From: an uncultured Candidatus Saccharibacteria bacterium
GTDB taxonomy: Bacteria; Patescibacteriota; Minisyncoccia; Phycocordibacterales; CSBR16-119
Length of the DNA stretch: 64,000 nucleotides
Direction of reading: 5' to 3'
Assembly (NCBI GenBank): GCA_964426385.1
Contig: CAYRQF010000003.1
Span: 22,938-86,937, forward strand
The position numbers and the translations under genes are program-made. Under the pieces are notes generated by a model, which searched no databases, had not been told where the DNA came from, and was given only the letters and a program-made list of their open reading frames with translations. Positions within the stretch are counted from its first letter, which is position 1, and each line of letters begins with the position of its first letter. Shown in pieces: positions 1 through 9,200 of this stretch.

Positions 1-818
1 ACAATAACGAGAAGGGTTATGTAAATGGCACGCGCGGAATCATCGCATACTTCGCCGTGAGTGGTGCGCCAGTGGTGAAGCTTCACGACGGTAGAGAGAT
101 AGAGGTTTCACAGGAGTCCTGGCTTATCGAAGAGAACGGCAAAATAAAAGCTGAGATTACTCAGTATCCGATACGTCTCGCTTGGGCTATCACCATACAC
201 AAGAGCCAGGGGCTTTCGCTCGACTACGCTGAGATAGATCTGTCGAAAACTTTTTCATACGGTATGGGGTATGTTGCTTTGTCACGACTCCGTACACTCG
301 CGGGACTTCGGCTCGTTGGGTTCGACCAGCGTGCCCTCGAGATGGATCCAAGGATACTTGAGCTTGATAATGAGCTTCAGTCCGAGAGCGAGGAGAACGT
401 ATCGCTGTTCAGTAAATTGCCTGATGATGAGTATGACAAACTCTCCCGCGATTTCATCCTGCGGTCTGGTGGAACACTAGACGCAGTCCGCAGAGCGAAA
501 GCGGAGAAGGTTCCGAGTATCCATCTGACCCGTAAGCTGATCGAGGAGAAGAAATCCCTGGCCGAGATGTCAGACAAGCGTGGGTTGGTCATCGGCACCA
601 TCATCAGCCATATCGAACAGCTCTCCGAGGAAGACCCCTCTATAGATATAGACTATCTAGCGCCAGCTAAAAAGCACATCGAGCTAGTTAGGAAGCATCT
701 GGCCAAGAGCGAGGGTAAACTTTCACCCCTCAAATCTGCCCTAAAAAGAGCTGGGACGGACCTGTCATTCGAAGATATCCGCTTGGCGCGGGTATTTGCC
801 AAGATGATGCCAAAATAG
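1..818 (+). CDS. PIF1/RecD-family DNA helicase, C-terminal part; 5' end lies outside the window
   Basis: Frame is open from nt 3. Motifs NGTRGII and [13 protein letters not shown] match the helicase C-terminal motifs of PIF1/RecD-like helicases. A C-terminal helical extension follows. Confidence 0.6.
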   Translation, partial: NNEKGYVNGTRGIIAYFAVSGAPVVKLHDGREIEVSQESWLIEENGKIKAEITQYPIRLAWAITIHKSQGLSLDYAEIDLSKTFSYGMGYVALSRLRTLAGLRLVGFDQRALEMDPRILELDNELQSESEENVSLFSKLPDDEYDKLSRDFILRSGGTLDAVRRAKAEKVPSIHLTRKLIEEKKSLAEMSDKRGLVIGTIISHIEQLSEEDPSIDIDYLAPAKKHIELVRKHLAKSEGKLSPLKSALKRAGTDLSFEDIRLARVFAKMMPK

Positions 819-927
819 GGCTGGTAGCCACGAAAGCCTATGATGGCTTTACAATTCTTGTGTATGTGCTATTCTACAATCACTTAGAAATTGAGGTCGG
901 GTTTCTGAAGCAAAAAATAGAAAAAAT

Positions 928-1125
928 ATGACTGGAACAATTAAAACTCTTACGGACAAAGGTTACGGATTCATTGCTCGCGAAGGCGAAGCAAAGGACC
1001 TCTTCTTTCATTCGAAGGACTTGCAGGGAGTAATGTTTGAGGATCTTCAGGTTGGAGATACTCTCAACTTCGAAGTCGCTGAGACTGATAAAGGCCTAAG
1101 TGCTAAGAACGTAACACGCGCGTAA
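928..1125 (+). CDS. cspA: cold-shock protein (CspA family)
   Basis: 65 aa. KGYGFI and FFHS cold-shock domain motifs. Stem-loop terminator follows. Confidence 0.9.
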   Translation: MTGTIKTLTDKGYGFIAREGEAKDLFFHSKDLQGVMFEDLQVGDTLNFEVAETDKGLSAKNVTRA

Positions 1126-1140
1126 TACCGCTGTTAGCAA

Positions 1141-1172
1141 AAAGCCTCTCGAGTGATCGAGAGGCTTTTTGT
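1141..1172 (+). terminator. rho-independent terminator after csp
   Basis: gcctctcga-gtga-tcgagaggc hairpin followed by a T-run. Confidence 0.6.
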
Positions 1173-1220
1173 TTGGAGTTTTCCCGTGCGAAAGACATCA
1201 TGATGTAATAAAATGTATTC

Positions 1221-1877
1221 ATGTTTCAAAGCACATCACGACTCGGACTTCTCGCAGATGGCATCTTCGCCATCGTTATGACGCTACTCGTTCTCGAGAT
1301 CAAAGTTCCAGTCCTCTCATACCCAACGAACGAATCCATCTGGAGAAGTCTCGTTGACTCATACCCATTGTTTCTCTCGTACATGCTCTCGTTCGCAACG
1401 CTTTTCACATACTGGCGAGGATACCACTCCGTAGCGTCAGACTTCGCCAAGACATATAACCTTAACTTCGAGAATCTCTCTGCTGCGTTTCTCTTCTTTG
1501 TGGCGCTCATCCCATTTTCTTCACACATGCTTGGAGTTTACTCCACAACTCCAGCAGGGGTAATAATATTTGCTATCAATGTCGCTGTTATAGGAATACT
1601 ACTTTTTGCCATGCGCGAATATGCTCATTATTCTAAGGAGATAAAAAATAGGAAAACCACGTCGATGGAAGAGCGTCATGCTCATATGCGTATCGCTATT
1701 CCGATCATCTTCTCCCTCGTTGCCATCCCTTTATCATTTGTAAACACGGATTTGGCTCTCTCTATCCTAACTATTGCTATAATATTTAATCTATTCAAGC
1801 GCAGCACTCACGCCTTATCGAGGATCATTGATCCAGTAGATATCGCAGAGGTGTCCGTCAAAAAGAATAAAAAATAA
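1221..1877 (+). CDS. DUF1211/TMEM175-like membrane protein (putative K+ channel family)
   Basis: RLGLLADGIFAIVMTLLVLE matches the DUF1211 signature. Multiple TM helices. Confidence 0.6.
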   Translation: MFQSTSRLGLLADGIFAIVMTLLVLEIKVPVLSYPTNESIWRSLVDSYPLFLSYMLSFATLFTYWRGYHSVASDFAKTYNLNFENLSAAFLFFVALIPFSSHMLGVYSTTPAGVIIFAINVAVIGILLFAMREYAHYSKEIKNRKTTSMEERHAHMRIAIPIIFSLVAIPLSFVNTDLALSILTIAIIFNLFKRSTHALSRIIDPVDIAEVSVKKNKK

Positions 1878-1879
1878 TT

Positions 1880-2800
1880 ATGAAACTCATAAACACAGCC
1901 GAAGCACACGTTCTATATATTGCGGATGAGACTGCAGTCTCGGAGTATTCTGGTTCGAATCCTGATACTCTGTCTGAACCTTTCAACCATGCTGGTAATA
2001 TCATGTTGATGATATATGTCGCCATCATCGTTGGGCTATTGATTATGGTCGCGAAGAAGACACCGGTCATACAGAAACACATACATAACATATTTCATCG
2101 AGCACTTGGATACGCTGATCTCGTGCCGTGGATACTCCGTCTCTCACTCGGTATCGCTCTTATCGGAGCTGGAATCAATGGGTGGCTGGTGAGTCCTATC
2201 CTCGGAGGCTTTGAGACATTCGCCTCGGCGCAGATAGTATTCGGTTTCTTGCTCCTGTCAGGATTCCTAACAACATTCGCAGTATTCGGCGCGATTCTGG
2301 TCTACTTGATGGCGTTATCTCAGAGTTTTTATCTATTTGGGTCGCTCGAGTTCCTAGCCATGTCAGTGTCGCTACTACTCCTCGACGCGCGTCGTCCAGG
2401 AGTCGATCATCTACTTGGCGTGCCTGCAATGTATTTTAGAGAGTTCAAGAAATGGATTCCAGTGATACTCCGTGTCGGGCTCGGAGTATCGTTCGTTTTC
2501 CTTGCAGTGTATGAGAAGTTCATGAATCCAGATCTCGCCGTCTATGTCGTTGATATCGCTAATCTACAAAATGTTATAAACGTGAGCCCCGCTATGTGGG
2601 TACTTGGCTCAGGCATGATCGAGTTCCTACTCGGAACATTACTAATATTTGGATTCGCGGTAAGAGCCGTCACGGCTCTGTCAGTCATCATACTGTCACT
2701 TTCCTTTTTCTACTTTGGAGAAGAAGTCACTTCTCATATTACGTTATTTGGGGCGATGTCAGCCGTATTTGTTCTCGGAGGCAAGAAAATAAAGTTTTAG
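1880..2800 (+). CDS. polytopic membrane protein, possibly DoxX-like
   Basis: 306 aa with about 8 hydrophobic helices. Family assignment is weak. Confidence 0.5.
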   Translation: MKLINTAEAHVLYIADETAVSEYSGSNPDTLSEPFNHAGNIMLMIYVAIIVGLLIMVAKKTPVIQKHIHNIFHRALGYADLVPWILRLSLGIALIGAGINGWLVSPILGGFETFASAQIVFGFLLLSGFLTTFAVFGAILVYLMALSQSFYLFGSLEFLAMSVSLLLLDARRPGVDHLLGVPAMYFREFKKWIPVILRVGLGVSFVFLAVYEKFMNPDLAVYVVDIANLQNVINVSPAMWVLGSGMIEFLLGTLLIFGFAVRAVTALSVIILSLSFFYFGEEVTSHITLFGAMSAVFVLGGKKIKF

Positions 2801-3547
2801 TTATTCGAGTATGACGAGGGTAAACATGGCGAGGACGCCGATAGCGATGGCGAGTATCTGGTATATAGACTGACGTGCGTCACTACCCCTCTGTAGTTCG
2901 GGTATAAGGTCAGCCACAGCGATATATATAAATCCTCCGGCTGCTAGTGGGAGTATCCACAGTGCAAAAGTTTCACTTGCCGAACCTAGTGTTAGGGCAA
3001 CAGCGACTCCAGCGATGGCGAGAAGACCAGAGATGAAGTTGAGCCACAAGGCTCTCTTTTTTGTGTAACCTGCATGGAGAAGTACTCCGAAGTCACCGAT
3101 CTCTTGCGGTATCTCATGCAGGACTACGGCAACAGTTGTGGCGATACCTACGGGGACGCTGACGAGGAAACTCGCGCCGATAATTACACCATCGATGAAG
3201 TTGTGGATGCCGTCAGAGAATATTACGAGCTTACCTACAGGGTGGATGTGATCGAGATGTGCGTCTTCACCATGATGATGCCAATGGAGGAATTTCTCGA
3301 CAATGAAAAATATAAGTATGCCGACGATCACGAGGATGCTGGTTGTGGTCGAGCCGAGAGCACTCTCGAATGCCTCAGGGATGATGTGAATGAAAGCATC
3401 ACCGAGCAACGCACCAACGGCTAGGGAGACTAGGATGAAAATATTTTTCTTCAAGCGCTTCTCATCTATGGATAGAGTGAACACTCCGACTAGGGATACT
3501 AGGCTCACGACGATGACTGCTAATAGTGCATATATTTGTGGTGACAT
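2801..3547 (-). CDS. zupT: ZIP-family zinc transporter
   Basis: HEIPQEIGDFG ZIP signature. His-rich loop HWHHHGEDAHLDHIH. Confidence 0.85.
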   Translation of the reverse strand: MSPQIYALLAVIVVSLVSLVGVFTLSIDEKRLKKNIFILVSLAVGALLGDAFIHIIPEAFESALGSTTTSILVIVGILIFFIVEKFLHWHHHGEDAHLDHIHPVGKLVIFSDGIHNFIDGVIIGASFLVSVPVGIATTVAVVLHEIPQEIGDFGVLLHAGYTKKRALWLNFISGLLAIAGVAVALTLGSASETFALWILPLAAGGFIYIAVADLIPELQRGSDARQSIYQILAIAIGVLAMFTLVILE

Positions 3548-3619
3548 ATATCGATACTAGCCAAAGATGGCGATAAAATCAAACTTTTGAAATCATTAAC
3601 AAAAAGCTAGAATACTTTT

Positions 3620-4036
3620 ATGAGTGATGTAAATAATCGTCCCGGAATCGGAGTTGGTGTGATTGTATTACGTGATGGAAAAATTCTGATTGGCGAAAGA
3701 ACGGGGAATCATGGCTCAGGAACATTTATGATTCCTGGCGGGCACATCGAGTTTGGCGAGACATTCGAACAGGTAGCCGTCCGCGAAACAGAAGAAGAAA
3801 CGGGGCTCAAGGATGTAAAAATCAAAAGCTTAGTCTCGATATCAAATAATATAGATTACGACAAGCATTATGTTTCGATCGGCATGCTGGCCGAATCATC
3901 ATCTGGTAGTCCGTATGACGCTGAGCCAGATAAATCCAGAAATTGGAAATGGTACGATATGCAGAATCTTCCTGAAAATATTTTCCTGCCGAGTCGTCGT
4001 GTGATCGATGCATGGCTTTCGGGAAAAATTTACTAA
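3620..4036 (+). CDS. NUDIX hydrolase
   Basis: Nudix box GGHIEFGETFEQVAVRETEEETGL. Confidence 0.85.
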   Translation: MSDVNNRPGIGVGVIVLRDGKILIGERTGNHGSGTFMIPGGHIEFGETFEQVAVRETEEETGLKDVKIKSLVSISNNIDYDKHYVSIGMLAESSSGSPYDAEPDKSRNWKWYDMQNLPENIFLPSRRVIDAWLSGKIY

Positions 4037-4038
4037 AA

Positions 4039-4084
4039 ACAACACAGGGTCCCTCGCGTGTAGCGGGGACCCTGTTGTTTTTTG
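4039..4084. terminator. stem-loop terminator between convergent genes (likely bidirectional)
   Basis: acagggtccc...gggaccctgt stem followed by a T-run. Confidence 0.55.
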
Positions 4085-4094
4085 GCTGTGCGGC

Positions 4095-4265
4095 TTATTC
4101 GGATGATTGTCCAACCGTATTCAGCTTCTCCAGCGGCCCAGCGCACTTAGTGCAAACCCCGAGTGTGTCGGGATCATCGTCTTGGACATGCATGCATGAG
4201 GTACACTGCCAGCTTGCAGTGTCAGGTACCGCTGTCGTTGAGGTCAGGGCGTTGGTTTCAGGCAT
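4095..4265 (-). CDS. small zinc-ribbon protein (56 aa, CxxC...CxxC)
   Basis: Manual translation: MPETNALTSTTAVPDTASWQCTSCMHVQDDDPDTLGVCTKCAGPLEKLNTVGQSSE. A TTGCAA-17-TAAACT promoter-like sequence lies upstream on the minus strand. Not in the ORF track because it is under 60 aa. Confidence 0.4.
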   Translation of the reverse strand: MPETNALTSTTAVPDTASWQCTSCMHVQDDDPDTLGVCTKCAGPLEKLNTVGQSSE

Positions 4266-4353
4266 GGTCGTTGGTTTTGCTTAATAGTTTATTTAAAAAT
4301 ACAGAGCTTTGCAATCTTTTTGGAAACGTATCTCTGTGATACGATAAATACCT

Positions 4354-6099
4354 ATGGAAATTAATGATTTAGCGAAAAAAAGACATACTTTGGCCCACCT
4401 TTTGGCCGCGGCGACTCTCGAGCACTATCCGGATACGAAATTGACCCTCGGGCCCGCTATAGATAATGGTTTCTACTATGATATGGAGTTTTCGAAGCCT
4501 CTAACTGATGCTGATCTACCAAAAATCGAGAAATCCATGAAGAAACTCCTTTCTAAGTGGACAGAATTCTCTCATAGAGAGGTTTCGGTTGACGAAGCTC
4601 GTCTGATTTTTGCCGAAAACCCTTATAAACTCGAACTTATCGAAGAAATATCCGCAAAAGGTGAGCCAATTACTCTATATATATGTGCTGGCTTCGAAGA
4701 TCTCTGTCGTGGAGGGCATTCCGAGAATCCTGCCAGGGAGATTGACGTTGAGTCATTCAAGCTCGACAAGGTTGCCGGTGCCTATTGGCGCGGAGATGAG
4801 AAAAACAAGATGCTAACCCGTGTTTACGGATTGGCCTTTGAAAATAAAGCCGAATTAGACGTCTATACCAAAATGATGGCTGATGCCAAGGAGCGAGATC
4901 ACCGAAAACTCGGAAAAGAGCTTGATTTGTTTACATTTTCTGAGCTCGTGGGTCCAGGATTACCTCTTTTTACCCCAAAAGGTACTATTTTACGTGATTT
5001 GATTGTAGAAAAGATTCAAAATCTTCAGAAAAAGTATGGCTACCAGAAGGTTACGATCCCGCATATTACTAAAAAGGAACTTTATGAGACTTCCGGCCAC
5101 TGGACTAAGTTCGGAGACGAGCTTTTCAAGGTAAAAGGTGTCAGCAACGTAGAATTTGTGATGAAGCCTATGAATTGCCCTCATCATACTCAGATTTATG
5201 CTTCAAAACCCCGAAGTTATAAGGATTTACCGATTCGATACATGGAAACAGGTGTTGTTTATCGTGATGAACAGGCGGGTGAACTTCTAGGGCTCTCGCG
5301 TGTACGCGCAATTTCACAGGATGACGGACATTTGTTCGTTACACCGGACCAAATAGAGGAAGAAATAACCAATATAGTGAGTATTATCAAGCAATTCTAT
5401 ACATCTCTAGGGATGTGGAAGGAGGGCAACTTCTGGGTTTCTCTTTCTGCTCGCGATCCGGAAAATCCTGATAAATATTTGGGTGGGGCTGATGTTTGGG
5501 ACAACGCTGAAGCCATACTAGAGAGTATCGCCAAGAAAAACGACCTTCCTTATAAGAAAGTCCTTGGAGAAGCCGCATTTTATGGACCAAAACTAGATTT
5601 CCAGTTCAAGGACGCTATTGGCAGACAGTGGCAGCTGGGTACTGCGCAGCTCGACTTCAACCTTCCAGCGAGATTTAAGCTTGAATATACTGATAAAGAT
5701 GGGCTTAAGAAGGCTCCAGTCATGATTCATAGAGCGGTAGCCGGCTCTCTAGAGAGATTTCTCTCGGTCGCTATCGAACACTTTGCCGGCAACTTCCCAT
5801 TCTGGCTCGCGCCGGTTCAATTGGCTATTATTCCTATAAAGGACGACGTGCATGGAGCTTTTGCCAAGGAAATACATGAGAAAATGCTGAATCAAGGCAT
5901 TCGCGCAGACCTAATGGACGGAAACGAAGGTTTCGGCAAGCGTGTCCGAGAAGCCAAGAATCAAAAAGTCACATTTATCATGGTTATCGGTGATAAAGAA
6001 GTTGAATCGAAAATATTCAAACTCGAAGGTGTAGAAACTTTCGAAAATCAAACTTTGGAAGAAATAGAAAGTAAGTTTTCGGAACTCAACTCGATTTAA
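4354..6099 (+). CDS. thrS: threonyl-tRNA synthetase (short form without N-terminal TGS domain)
   Basis: N2 editing domain, class II core, HRKLGKELDLF motif. 581 aa. Confidence 0.95.
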   Translation: MEINDLAKKRHTLAHLLAAATLEHYPDTKLTLGPAIDNGFYYDMEFSKPLTDADLPKIEKSMKKLLSKWTEFSHREVSVDEARLIFAENPYKLELIEEISAKGEPITLYICAGFEDLCRGGHSENPAREIDVESFKLDKVAGAYWRGDEKNKMLTRVYGLAFENKAELDVYTKMMADAKERDHRKLGKELDLFTFSELVGPGLPLFTPKGTILRDLIVEKIQNLQKKYGYQKVTIPHITKKELYETSGHWTKFGDELFKVKGVSNVEFVMKPMNCPHHTQIYASKPRSYKDLPIRYMETGVVYRDEQAGELLGLSRVRAISQDDGHLFVTPDQIEEEITNIVSIIKQFYTSLGMWKEGNFWVSLSARDPENPDKYLGGADVWDNAEAILESIAKKNDLPYKKVLGEAAFYGPKLDFQFKDAIGRQWQLGTAQLDFNLPARFKLEYTDKDGLKKAPVMIHRAVAGSLERFLSVAIEHFAGNFPFWLAPVQLAIIPIKDDVHGAFAKEIHEKMLNQGIRADLMDGNEGFGKRVREAKNQKVTFIMVIGDKEVESKIFKLEGVETFENQTLEEIESKFSELNSI

Positions 6100-6220
6100 T
6101 TTCTAAAACTTTTTAAATCAACATGTTCATAGTTATGAACAGTTTTTTCGTATTGACAGTACGAAACATTTTAATGTCCGATATAATATAGGTATTAAAA
6201 ATTATAAGTTTTATCATTGT

Positions 6221-9200
6221 ATGAAATTGCAACGAGCATTTTTCTTGGTTATCGCATTAGTATTTCTAGTCGGCTTCACAGTTACTGTATCAGGACCGGG
6301 CGGTGCATCACAGAGAGCACAGGTGACTGGTGCTGTATCGAATCAATCTATCAGAGGCTACTCTCTGGTAAACGCAGACACTGATACGATAATCGGACCA
6401 CTCTCCGATGGTCAAACAATCGATCTCGCAGAGCTTGGCACGAATCATGTAAATATCGTTGCAGAGACATCTCCTTCTGTCGTCGGTAGTGTTGCGTTTC
6501 ATCTTGATGATCTTGCTCGTGTTGTCAAGAATAGCGCTCCATATGCTCTCGGCGGACACAACAACGCCGGCAATTTCTACGCGGCGAATCTCTCGGTCGG
6601 AGATCATACACTAAAGACTCAGGCATTTACTCTGGCCCGTGCTCGCGGACTGGGTAGTGCTGTAAGCGAGATTCGATTCAGCGTCGTCGGAGGATCGCCG
6701 AGATCGTCTGGTGGTCAAACTCAGGCTAGTTCTGATTCAACGACACCCATCTCTAACACACAGCAGACTCATTCGACTCCTGGCAATGTTGCGAATGTAA
6801 CAGGTGCTGAAGTCCAAGAAATCAAATCTTTCACTCTAATAAATGCTGACACCAACCAAGAGATAGTGGCGATAGAGAACGGTGCAGTTTTAGATATTCA
6901 GAATCTCGGTACCACGAATCTCACCATCAGGGCCAACGCTACTCCAACTAATGTCGGCTCAGTTAAGTTCTACCTTGATAGTGTGGCGGTGCGGACAGAC
7001 AATCTTTTTCCGTATACCAATGTCGCGAGTACAACAACTGATGATTATCGACCATGGTCATTTACTCCGGGACAAGAGTACTCAATAACAGCAATACCAT
7101 TTAGTCTCTCTCGCGCTCGCGGTGTAGAGGGTACACCGCTAACTGTTTCTTTCACCATCGGGCAAAATCCAGTCGGTGGGCATGAACCTGTAGTTGGACG
7201 ATCTATGGACCCTTCTGTTCCTGCTATGGGGTGTCTAACTGCTACGGTTACCAATGACCCAAATGGTGGCAATAACCCAGGCACCATAACCATCGATTGG
7301 CCAGATGTTTCTGGACATCCATACTATAAAGCTTGGAGAATTCAGAATGGACAAGTGGAAGTATCTACCGAAAATCAGGGTGGTGCCGTTACATATAACT
7401 CTATGACCCCTGGAACATGGACGATCAGAGTAGCTTTCCTTGAAGCGGGCGCACTACCAAACACAAGTGCAGACTGGGGACCAGAGTCTGAAATCAGTAA
7501 TCTCGTCATAAGTACTAGTATCCCAGGTCCTGTAACAACTACAACATGCGGGCAAGAGCCAGTCGAGTCTGCACAGCTCAAAGTGTTCCTTGGTGGAGCA
7601 TACAACTCCTCTACAGGACTTATGTCCACTGCACTTAATGATGCAAACGTTATACCTCTCACTGAACCTTACACGGGAGAAGGTTATCAGTTTACTAACG
7701 GCTCAGGCTCATCGATTTCTTCTGGCGTCCTCAACGCTACAGGAAATGACGCAATCGTTGATTGGGTTATCGTCGAACTACGAAATCAAAACAACAATCT
7801 AGATATAGTAAGTTCTCGCCCAGCACTACTACAAGCAGATGGAGAAGTCGTTGGTCTAAACGGCACTACTCCGATATTTGACTCTTTCTCTTCGGGCACA
7901 TACTACGTAGTCGTCCATCACCGAAACCACTTGGCTGTCATGACTGCGAATCCGGTCAACATCAGTAATTCTGTAGACTTGACCAACTCAACGCTCTGGG
8001 GAACCAATGCCGCCAAATTGGTCAGCGGAACAAAGGTTCTATGGCCAGGTGATGTTAATAATGATGGTCTCGTAAAATACACAGGCGGAAACAACGACAG
8101 AGATCCGATCCTCCAAGTCGTGGGCTCAAATACGCCAAATAATGTTGTTACAAACGCCTATGCAAAAGCTGACCTAAACATGGATAGCACTGTTAAGCAT
8201 ACTGGTACGAAGAACGACAGAGACATTATTTTCCAGTCGATAGGTTCAGTAGATCCAACAGTAGTGAATGTGGAACAATTACCTCAACCATCTAGTACCA
8301 CCATCACTTCTATACAGGTAGTAAATACACAGGGTGTGGTACAGCAGACACTTTCTGCTGGGCAGACTATCAACATAGGTACTCAAAATGGTGGCTACGG
8401 AACAAGCATTGCTCTCAAAGCCAACACTAGTACTAGTCCTGTACCAGGAAGTGTTAAATATACCCTCACGCGCGCAGGCAATACGCATGAAAATATAGAT
8501 AACGCTGCTCCATTCTCATCTCATGGTGATACAGGAGGAAACTATACAGCCTGGACCAGCCTACAGCCAGGCGCATATCATCTAACCGCTTTGCCATATG
8601 ATGGAGCTAATGCCACAGGAGCATCAGGTACGGGTGCAGACTTCGACTTCGTTGTCGTAAACAATGATACTGTCGCCCCTCTCGCGCCACAGAATGTATC
8701 AATCAATTACCGATCGGCAGATGAGATAAGACTCTCATGGAGTCCTTCAGTTGGTGCGACGAACTATCAGGTAGTAAGGACAGGTAATGGACAGACATTC
8801 CCACTTCAGTCTGGTACAACTTTTAACGACACCACTGGGCTAACAAGCAATGGAACATTCTCTTATGTGGTCACTGCCATTAACTCAAATGGTCAGGTGT
8901 CGCCTAACTCAACGTCTATCGATGCTCCGACTCTGTCACCAGCCTTCACAGCCGGTACACTGGTTGCTCCAAATGCCAACAATACCCAGGTTAGAGCACT
9001 GCCAGAGAATCCGACGCTTGTTGGAACTGTTAACACTACGAACAACGGATCTGTTGTTACCGGAACATCACCTTCAGGGCATGTTGTCTGGGTAAAGGGC
9101 GTTACCCCAGCTCCAGATGTCCGATATCTCCGAACCACATTTACCAGCCCTGCACTATCTGGTCCAGGCTGGGTAGATCAGACAAAGCTGATCACGTATG

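Noticed and set aside
3074-3424. 116-aa plus-strand ORF
   Set aside because: Entirely antisense to the well-supported ZIP transporter gene. The acidic low-complexity product is typical of a shadow ORF.
4012-4284. Plus-strand 90-aa ORF between NUDIX and thrS
   Set aside because: It starts inside the NUDIX gene end, runs through the terminator hairpin and has no motif. The minus-strand zinc-ribbon ORF in the same interval is more protein-like.
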